Source of the DNA: Octopus sinensis
Lineage: Eukaryota
Assembly: GCF_006345805.1 (NCBI RefSeq)
Contig: NC_043014.1
Location: forward strand, 25,172,001 to 25,236,000
Direction of reading: 5' to 3'
Length of the DNA: 64,000 nt
The notes beneath the pieces are model-generated. The model made no database searches. It was not told the DNA's origin and saw only the letters and a list, made by a program, of their open reading frames with translations. This document shows, in pieces, positions 53,839 to 64,000 of the stretch. Position 1 is the first letter of the stretch, and each line of letters starts with the position of its first letter. The position numbers and the translations under genes were made by a program.

Positions 53839-53874
<36 letters not shown>

Positions 53875-54053
53875 ATATAATATATTATATTATATCATAT
53901 ATATATATATATCATATATAATATATATATATATAATATATATTATATATAATATTCATATATTATATATAATCATATATATATCCTCATATATATATAT
54001 ATATCATATATATATATATCATATATGTATATTAATATATATAATATATATAT

Positions 54054-54095
<42 letters not shown>

Positions 54096-54287
54096 ATATA
54101 TATCATATATATATATACCATATATATATATATAATATATATATATAGATATATTATACATCATATATATATATATATCATATATATATATATCTATATA
54201 TATGTATATACATATATATGATATTATATATGATATATATATAGATATATATATATATATATGATGTAGATATATATATTATCATAT

Positions 54288-56010
54288 ATGTCTGTATGGT
54301 GCCGCTCTGTCCAGAATGCTCCATGCCACATTGAAAGGTGGGGTTTCCTTTTCTTTAAGTTCCAAGACATATTTTGCTAGGCTGGTCCTCTTCCTATTTT
54401 CTGGGTATCTAAATGAATTTTTATGCGAATAAAGTCGCGTTTTAAACGAATATTCTGAAGCCACGGTATATGTCTTCTATTCCGATGAACCTTCAGAGCA
54501 GCACCATACAGACATGGAGCACACAAGAATAATTTTAAATGCAATCTTTGCCTGTTAGAGAAACTTTATATTTTATTCAAAGACAATAATTCTTTGAATC
54601 AAAGAAGTGAGCTGATGAACTTATGCAGGCACGCAACCAAATTTAAAATGTCAAACATAAATATACCATATGGATAGAGTATATATTTTGTCTTTTTGTA
54701 TTTTTGATTTTTGAAATTTTGATTTTTGAAATTTTGATTTTGATTCTTGGACTAGTATGTAAATGCAACGATGGATTTGTTTCGCGCCATGCAGATTTCC
54801 TTCCATATAGCAAAGTCTCATGCATATATTTTGTTTATATTTCTACATATTCCTTAGGAAAAACCTTCAGCTTAATTTATTTCATGTTATTATATTGTAT
54901 AGGCTTACTTTGATTTTTAATTTATAGATGATCTGAAATAGGGTGTTATATTTTACATGCCTTTCGTATAATTTTCATTATTACACTCACCATTTTTTTT
55001 TAAAGCAATGTTGTCAAAAATTAGAATTTTGATGTAAATATGTGTATAGCGACGAATATGTATTTGTAAGCATACGTCTCTGTGTATGTGTAAGTGAGCG
55101 TATGTTTGTACTTAAGCACATGCATACACAATTGTATGTGTATGTATACACTTGAACTTGTGTGTTTGTGTACTTGTCTCTATATATATGTGTCAATATA
55201 CGTGGTTACACAGCTTGTATACGTAATTTTTCTTATTTCGTTTTTCCCCACCCCTCCTTTTTTCTTTTTTTCCTTCCCCCTTTTTCTTTTTCCTCTCTCT
55301 TCCTTTCTTTCATTTTTTTCTCTACCTATACGATACTTGTATAGATTCATGCAACTTTACTTCCCCCCTCCCTTACTCATGTCTTAAAGTTTGCTTCGTA
55401 AATAAGAACGCTACTTCCCCATCCATGATTTTAGCTTGTGTGCGAACTAGATTGCGTATACATATGTATACATGCATTTGTGTGTATATTTTAGCTTTAT
55501 ATTTATACGTCTGTATATGTATGTGGTTTGCACGTATCTATCTGTGTATGTTGATATATGTGTATACTTTAATATGAATATGTACTGCTGTATAATATTT
55601 TAATGCATTTTAACATTTTAATTTCAATTTCCATGTATTAATTATATTTCCTTCATTAAGGTCAATATGTATTTTATTCAATGTAAAGTTTTTCCTCGAA
55701 TTTTATAATTTTTATAATTTTTTTATATATATATATATTTTTGAGCTCATTTTTGTTTATCGCTCGAAAATTGACCGTTATTTCTAAATCAAACAAGTCC
55801 ATTTTTAAAGGTGTAGCATTTGTAATAGTCTGGATAGAATTGACATATCGGTTCCATTCTAGCAAAAACTGTCCAATGAACGGCAACGAGAAACTCAGAG
55901 TAACAGGTTTTGTTGAATTTTCTGCTGCTTTAAATAAAGCATATTACTCTACCACTGGTATTTGAGTACTCTTTATTCCACCTTGTTTCACATTTATGTG
56001 TTTATTCCGG
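54288..56010 (+). mobile_element. Penelope-like 3' fragment with inverted 5' GIY-YIG segment
   Basis: 54288-54490 (minus) encodes FKTRLYSHKNSFRY..TSLAKYVLELK..WSILDRAAPYRH. From 54495 (plus) it continues RAAPYRH..CNLCLLEKLYIL..LNQRSELMNLCRH. A decayed HHR lies at 55865-55911. Confidence 0.85.
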
Positions 56011-56058
56011 TATATATATATATATACATATATATTTATATATATGTATATATATATA

Positions 56059-57338
56059 TCATCATCATTATCATCATCGTTTAATGTCTGCTTTTCATGC
56101 TAGCATGGGTTGGACGATTTGACTGAGGTCTGACGAACCAGATGGCTGCACCAGACCCCAATGTGATCTGGCAGAGTTTCTACAGCTGGATGCCCTTCCT
56201 AACACCAACCACTCTGAGAGTGTAGTGGGTGCTTCTACATGCCACTGAGACGAGGGCCAGTCAGGCGGTACAGGCAACGGACACGCTCAAATGGTGCTTT
56301 TTATGTTCCACCGGCACAGGAGCCAGTCCAGCGGCATTGGCAATGAACTCACTCGAATGTTTTTTCATGTGCCACCAGCACAAGTGCCAGTTAGGTGACG
56401 TAGGTAATGATCACACTCGAATGATAATTTTTACGTGCCACCAGCACGGAGGTCAGCTTGTTGCTCTGGCAAGATCACACTCAGATGGTACTCTTAGTGC
56501 TCCACTAGCACTGATGCCAGTCATCGAATTTGTATTCGATTTCACTTGCCTCAACAGATCTTTGCAAGCAGAGTTTAGTGTCCAATGAAAGGTACGCATA
56601 AGTGGGCTGGTTACACCAGTGGCATAGTTCACAAGGTTATGGTCTCACTTGGCTTGCCGGGTCTTCTCAAGCACAGCATATATCCAAAGGTCCCGATCAC
56701 TAGTCATTACCTCGGTGAGGCCCAATGTTCGAAGGTCATGTTTCATTACCTTATCCCAAGTCTTCCTGGGTCTACCTCCTCCACAGGTTCCATCAACCGC
56801 TTCTTAGGTCCAAGTTTTCTCTCAAGGTACTAACGCTCTGTCGAGTATGCACACTGACATTACACATCCAACGGAATAAACTGGCTCCATTCCTTGCAAG
56901 GTTACACATGTCCTCAGCATTCACAGCCCATGTTTCACTGCCATGTAGCATGGCTGTTCGTACACATGCGTCATACAGTCTACCTTTTACTCTGAGTGAG
57001 AGGCCCTTTGTCACCAGCAGAGGTAAGAGCTCTCTGAACTTTGCCCAGGCTATTCTTATTCTAGCTGCTACACTTTCAGCGAACCCTCCCCCGCTACTGA
57101 CTTGGTCACCAAAGTAATGGAAGCTATCAACTACTTCTAGTTTTTCTCCCTGGAATGTGGTGGAAGTTGTTCTCTGCACATTTTCAGTGTTTATTGCTGC
57201 CACATACAAAAACTGTCTTCCCAATTAGCCTTCCTTTGATATTGCTGCACCTCCTAGTTCTGATAGTGACTCAGCAATTAGAGCAAGGTCGTCAGCATAG
57301 AGGAGCTCCCAGGGGCATCCTGTCTTGAATTCCTGTTA
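56059..57338 (-). mobile_element. RTE LINE 3' part with internal deletions
   Basis: ORF 56793..57224 (LEVVDSF.Y.GD, AMLHGSETW), then 3' UTR and (GAT)n. Confidence 0.9.
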
Positions 57339-57439
57339 TTGCATATATATATATATATATATATATATTTGTGTGTGTGTATTTGTATTATATACATATA
57401 TATTAAATATATATGTATATTATATATATATGTGTCCGC

Positions 57440-59746
57440 ATGGATGATGGGGCACTTGCTTTTACTGTTGGTGAAAAGAAAGAGGCTTGGAGAAGCCATT
57501 ATGAAAGACTGCTGATGAGGAGAATGAATGGGAGGAGGAGAGCCTGCCAAATGTTGACCCAGTAGAGGGACCACTACCCCCGAATAGACAGCTCCCTTGT
57601 AGTTAAGGCAATTAAGGATATGAAACCAGGTAAAGCCCCCGGCCTATCAGGAATCACTGCTGAGATGCTTAAAACAGCTGGCTATGTGGGCTATGGCCTA
57701 GTCACCCGCATTGTAAACCAGGTAGTTCATAATGGAGTCATACCCAATGACTAGCATAGCAGCACCATAGTCAACTGCTACAAGGGTAAGGGTGATGCTC
57801 TAGATAGAAATAACTACAGAGGTATTAAACTGTTGGATCAGGTGATGAAAGTTACAGAGAGGGTCATAACCCATCTCATTAGGGAGACAATTTGCTTAGA
57901 TAAGATGCAGTTCGGTTTTGTGCCGGGTAGAAGCACCACTGATGCTATATTCCTGGTCCGACAACTGCAGGAGAAGTACCTAGCTAAAGATAAACCCCTC
58001 TACATAGCTTTTGTGGACTTGGAGAAAGCCTTTGACAGGGTTCCCCGTTCCCTTATCTGGTGGTCGGTGCGAAAACTGGAGATTGACGAATGGCTAATAG
58101 GGGTTGTACAGGCTCTATACAGAGAGGCTGTCAGCAAGGTTAGGATTGGCAACGAATATAGTGAAGAATTCCGGGTAGAAGTAGGTGTACACCAAGGCTC
58201 AGCCCTCAGTCCCCTTTTATTCATCATAGTCCTCCAGGCAATAACAGAGGAATTCAAAACAGGATGCCCCTGGGAGCTCCTCTATGCTGATGACCTTGCT
58301 CTCATAGCAGAATCACTACCGGAACTAGAAAAGAAATTTCGGGTGTGGAAGCAAGGGTTAGAATCAAAGGGCCTTAGAGTAAATGTAGCAAAGACCAAAG
58401 TTATAGTAAGCAGAAGGTGAACTCAGCATACACCCCCTCGGGCAGGTGGCCCTGCTTGATCTGTAGGAAAGGTGTAGGTAGAAACTCCATAAGATGCACC
58501 CAATGTAAGCTATGGACACATAAGAGGTGCAGCAACATTAAAGAGAAATTAACTGAAAAGATAGCTTTCATGTGCGGCAGATGCACAGGGACAATAGACA
58601 CCAAAGACACTCAGAAAACAGATTCCATCACACTCCAGGGGGAGAAACTAGAAGTAGTTGATAGTTTCCGCTACCTGGGTGACCAAGTTAGTAGTGGAGG
58701 TGGATGCTCAGAGAGTATCACCACTAGAATACGAATAGCCTGGGCAAAGTTCAGAAAGCTCCTACCCCTACTGGCGACAAAGGGTCTCTCACTCAGAGCG
58801 AAAGGTAGATTGTATGATGTATGTGTATGAACTGCCATGCTTCACGGTAGTGAAACATGGGCTGTGACTGCAGAGGACATGCGTAAACTTGAAAGAAATG
58901 AAGCTAGCATGATCCGCTGGATGTGTAATGTCAGTGTGCACGCACAACAGAGTGTAAGCACCCTGAGAGAAATGCTGGACATAAGAAGTGACACTTGCGA
59001 TGGTATGGTCATGTACTGCGGATGGATGAGGAGAGATGTGTGAAGAAGTGCCACTCCCAAACAGTTGAAGGTATCAGGGGGAGAGGTAGACCCAGGAAGA
59101 CATGGGATGAGGTAGTCAAGCATGACCTCAGAGCATTGGGCCTCACTGAGGCAATGGCGAAGGACCGAGATCTCTGGAGATATGCTGTGACTGCAAAGAC
59201 CCGGGCTGCTTCCTGCACCAGTTCCGCATAGCCCCTGTCCATTCAAAGTACCCTGGATCCCAGAACGTCTCGCTGTGCTTGAGGAGACCTGTTGAGTCAA
59301 GTACATGAACATAAACATCGAAATAAATATCAATGGAAATAGTAGTTGTGATAGCAGTGCCGGTGGCACATAAAAAGCACCATCCGAACGTGGCCGTAGC
59401 CAGCGCCGACTCGACTGGCTTCTGTGCCGGTGTCACATAAAAAGCACCATCCAAAGGTGGCTGATGCCTGCCCCGCCCCGACTGGCTTCTGTGCCGGTGG
59501 CAAGTAAAAAGCACCATCTGAACGTGGCCGATGTCGGACTCCCCCTGGCACCTGTGCAGGTGGCACGTAAAAAGCGCCCACTACACTCGCGGTGTGGTTG
59601 GTGTTAGGAACGGCATCCAGCCGTAGAAACTCTGCCAGATCAGACTGGAGCCTGGAGCAGCCCCTGGCTTCCCAGACCCCGGTTGAACCATCCAACCCAT
59701 ACCAGCACGGAAAACGGACGTTAAACGATGATGATGATGATGATGA
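57440..59746 (+). mobile_element. RTE LINE, 5'-truncated, near-complete RT
   Basis: ORFs 57833..58420 and 58417..58830 carry the RT motifs and a PHD-like finger, followed by 3' UTR repeats and (GAT)n. Confidence 0.93.
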
Positions 59747-59775
59747 TATGTATATATACATAAATATATGTATAT

Positions 59776-61073
59776 GCATGGACGTTCAATAAGTAATGCC
59801 CCTGACCCACTTGCAGCTGTTTGATCTAGCTGAAATATTGCATGTGCAATCATTTATATCTCTATAGATTAAGTGGCAAATTACAGCTCTGAGCTAATTG
59901 TGGTTTCTTATTTACAGGTGTTTGAACTGAGTCAAGTGTGAAATGGAGCCTGTTGAGTTTCGAGCAGTGATCAGGTTTTTGTATTTGAAAGGCCGCACAC
60001 CATAGGAGACTTTTGATGAAACGAAAGTAATTTATGGTGATGATGCCCTATCATATGACCTTGAAGAACGCTGGCATCGTGAATTCAAACATGGTCGGAA
60101 CTCTGTGGAAACAGCTCCCAGATCTGTGCCCCCCGCCCCCATACTTCTGCCATTGATGAGGCATCTGTCCGTCAGGTTGAGGCTGCCATTTTGGAAGATC
60201 GACGCATAACTATTCGCCAAATAGCCCATTAGGTCAAGATTAGTACCCGGTCTGTGGAAACTATCATTCATGACCATTTGCATATGCAAAAGGTGTCTGC
60301 CAGATGGATTCCCAGGTTGCTCACACCGTTTCAGAAGCAAGAACGCGTCAAGTGCTCGAGGATGAATTTGGAGATGTGCCAAGAAGATGAGTCAAAATTT
60401 TTCAAAAGACTGATTACACAGCATGAAACCTGGGACCATCACTATGATCTAGTGAGCAAAGCCCAGTCAATGCAGTGGAAGCACCATGACTCACCTCCTC
60501 CAAAGAAGGCAAGGGTGCAGCCCTCTGCTGGCAAGGTCATGCTCACAGTCTTCTGGGACCAGGACGGAGTAGTGATGACAGATTTCCTGGCAAAGGGTAC
60601 CACAGTTACAGGAGCCTATTATGCTTCACTTTTGAGGAAATTAAGATAAGCTATCAAAATCAAGAGGCGGGGCAAGATCAACAAATGCATCCTCCTACTG
60701 CAGGACAACGCTCCGGTCCACAACTCGCGTGTCACCAGATCAGAAGCACAGGCATGCGGCTATGAACTCCTCCCCATCCCCCCTACTCTCCTGACCTTGC
60801 ACCCTCTGATTTTCACCTCTTCCCAGCCATGAAGTTGTTTTTGAAAGGAAAGCATTTCCCAGATGATGCAGCCTTGATTTCTAAATTCACATCATGGTTG
60901 GCGGACCAAGCTGGGGTCTTCTACAAAAACGGTCTCCAGAGCTGCATCAAACGATGGGAGAAATGCATAACTCTGGGTGTTTCCTATATAGAAAAAGACT
61001 AATAACTGTGCCAAGTTTCGTTGCTCTACTGCTATGGGAAGTGGGTCAGGGGCATCACTTATTGAACGCCCAT

Positions 61074-61075
<2 letters not shown>
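59776..61075 (+). mobile_element. Full-length mariner, defective
   Basis: TIRs gacgttcaataagtaatgcccctgacccactt / aagtgggtcaggggcatcacttattgaacgcc. ORF 60254..60649 plus QDNAP and YSPDLAPSDF. In-frame stops. Confidence 0.95.
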
Positions 61076-61134
<59 letters not shown>

Positions 61135-61166
61135 TTATACATAAATATATACATATTCATACATAT

Positions 61167-61220
<54 letters not shown>

Positions 61221-61238
61221 TATATATACATGTATATA

Positions 61239-62875
61239 TCTATATATATAAAACTGAGAATGTGTGGCTGTCTGTCTGCCTATCTTTCTGTCTGTCTGTG
61301 TGTTTCCCTAAAACTTGAGAACTACACAACCAATTTCATTCAAATTTTACACATACCTTACTTAGGGTCCATGTAGTTTCATTGGCAAAATAAATCTTCA
61401 AATTATTGCCTCAGTTGAGCCCATAGCAATATCATATCTTCTCCACTATTTTAGTATTATGTGTTAAAAGTGAAACAAAAATATTTCTGTATTTCATGTC
61501 AGATACTTTCACTTTAAAAATAAAAATTAGAGATAATAATAACAATTGAATTATATGTAGTAAGTAATTATTAAAATAAAACTAAAATATAATATAATAA
61601 TTAAATCTTAACATAACAATTAAAAGTAAAAATAGCAATTGGTATAAAATTGCATCAATGACTTGAACTTGAATAAGTGATTTCACATGAATGGGAATAA
61701 ATTAAAAATAAAATTAGTGAGCAGAAATGGAATAGTCCAGATGGAGCTGTGCACATGCCCTTTACCACGGCTTTTACATTAGATTATCTGCTAATTAGCT
61801 AGCATTAAGTATCTATAGGAAATTTGGCTGCATGTAATGTCTGTTTTCTCGAACAGCCGCGTCTACTGAGTACTGCTGTTGGTTTATTTCTTATACATAA
61901 AGACTATAGCTTCAACTGCGTACTGCCTTTTGATTCACCGTAAGGTTTTTTGTTATTATTATTACTGTTTAACTATTGTTACCACGTTTGTTGGTTCCTC
62001 GTAATGGAAACGTTGTTGTGTAGCATTTGTTAAATAATTGTAAACCATAACCCTCCCCCTTTGTGAGAAGGAGCTTTGGTTACTGTTTAAAAATTGAATT
62101 GTGTCCCTGTTTGGGGAAATTGACAATATTTTCACCGTTTATACGGAAGCACTTTTGATAAAATGCCTTCGATAGAAGAAAGTCCAAAAATGAATTTTGC
62201 TGCAGCCGTCGGCGGGCGCGAACTCATTAAAATTAAAATGGAAGAAATACAAACCTATTTCGGATTGATCTCCGACAAAGACGGTGAATCTAGGATAACA
62301 CCACAAAACGAAATATAAAATAAAATTAAAGAAAAGACTATTGTCTATAAAGTATACGATGTAGAGAAAAAAAAGATTTGAACACCTGGAGGAGAGCACC
62401 ATCGAAAAGTGTCTTGGTGTGACTATGAAAGATATCAAGTATCTAACCAGAGCGGTAAATTCACCACAATAGAAGAAAGATTCGAGTCAACGGAGTGTGC
62501 AAGGGAGTACTCGACTCAAACCTTGCAAAGTGAAAATATTTTGTTTTCACCATTATATCTCGGACATAGGACGTCCCGAATAAAAATTAAAAATGGTCCC
62601 CCAGAAGTAGAGGTAGGCTGGATTGTAGCCACACTTCTATACAAGAGGGAGAACAAGATACAATTGATTGAAATTGCAAGAGACGGGCTTACAATTCCAG
62701 TCTGTTATATATTTTGAGTATTGTTATCACTAGCGATATCAAGATATAACTCTGTATTTTGTATTTTATGTGTAGATGTATATATATAGATGTACATGTA
62801 ATATGTACACATATATATACACATATATACATGCACTAGCACTATGACCCGGCAACACTGGGTCATAATGCTATT
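61239..62875 (+). mobile_element. Probable non-autonomous Helitron-type element
   Basis: Starts TCTATATATATAAAA + (ctgt)n-like tract. Ends in the hairpin tagcactatgaccc-ggcaacact-gggtcataatgcta, similar to the other Helitron 3' ends. Confidence 0.6.
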
Positions 62876-62880
62876 ATATA

Positions 62881-62965
<85 letters not shown>

Positions 62966-63201
62966 AAATAATATATAGGGATCACCACTACTTTATTTTC
63001 TCCCCTTCTACCTACCTCTCCTGTGGATCTTCTGTCCAGCATTCGCCATGATATTCTTCCCCTGTTTATTTCTGTGTTCCTTTGTGTCCAAAGATTTTCT
63101 CAATTACTGAGAATTAAACTAATACATGTGTTTGTTGTTTACACACCCGTCTTCGTCTCTTGTTTTTTTGTAAATTCCCACTATATGTATATATATCTAT
63201 G

Positions 63202-63260
<59 letters not shown>

Positions 63261-63355
63261 TATATATATTATATACATATAAAATATATATATATAATAT
63301 TGATACACATATCATATATTGTAAATTTATGGTGTAAATTTATTTATTTATATTA

Positions 63356-63477
63356 TGAAATTGAGACCCGAAGAGTGACTATGTATCATTGGATCGAAGA
63401 AATATTAATTTTTGAGATTATCGATTTTGATATTACAGATTTGTATACAAAGTCACGAAATGCGCATCATCGTTTTA
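63356..63477 (+). ncRNA. Type I hammerhead, U4C core variant
   Basis: CCGAAGA (63368-74) gtgact...agtcac GAAA (63457-60) tgcgca TC. Stem I is weak. Confidence 0.72.
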
Positions 63478-64000
63478 ATGTGTATTTTTTTTAATGAGTA
63501 TTATTTAGTATAGAAATGTTAGTACAATGTAAATAATAATATATTTAAATGTATATAAATATTATTTATTGAATTACATTATGGAGGTTCTATCTCTTAA
63601 TCCTATATATATATATATATATATATATAGTTACATACATTTAAAGAATTAGACTTTTCTCTTATATTTTCTTTAATGAACTGGAATACCTGTTTCGAAT
63701 TTCGTCAAAATTGCATAGGAGGGTTATTTCCCTCTTAATACACCCTAGAAAAAATTGTAATCATGCCACATGTATCCCATACTACTGATTTTTATGCACA
63801 TATTCCAAAATTCCAGTCTTGTAGAACCTGTTAAAAGGATTTTGCTGCTGAAAAATGGAGGTCATGGAGCTCTAAGATGTGAGATTGAAGACCCCTATTG
63901 GGGGTGGGCATCTTAATGTCAACCAGAGAAGTTGAATTGTTGAGAATCTTTTTAACTTGGGTCTTATATCTATTGTTTGAATTTCTTTGAAATAGGAAAT

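Overview
AT-rich, repeat-saturated animal genomic DNA, intergenic or intronic. The repeat families (tRNA-derived SINEs, RTE LINEs with (GAT)n tails, huge (TA)n tracts) look like octopus/cephalopod, which is an inference. I found no confident host gene. Contents: three mariner copies, a decayed hAT/Buster transposase, Helitron pieces (one with a PIF1 helicase fragment), several RTE, CR1-group and R4/RLE LINE remnants, a solo LTR, SINEs, and many Penelope-like element (PLE) 3' fragments (GIY-YIG endonuclease, pseudo-LTRs, inverted ends). The standout signal is not in the ORF track: about 15 type I hammerhead ribozyme (HHR) motifs from several unrelated sequence families. Five have a canonical core plus pairable stems (10988-11066, 14654-14731, 33663-33756, 50958-51050, 53722-53811). 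Two are U4C core variants (50494-50625, 63356-63477). Most have palindromic stem III and long stem II. They sit in GIY-YIG-linked tails, non-coding hairpin-capped elements, a tandem HHR+SINE unit and a tRNA-headed SINE. All structures were folded by eye and need computational and experimental checks.
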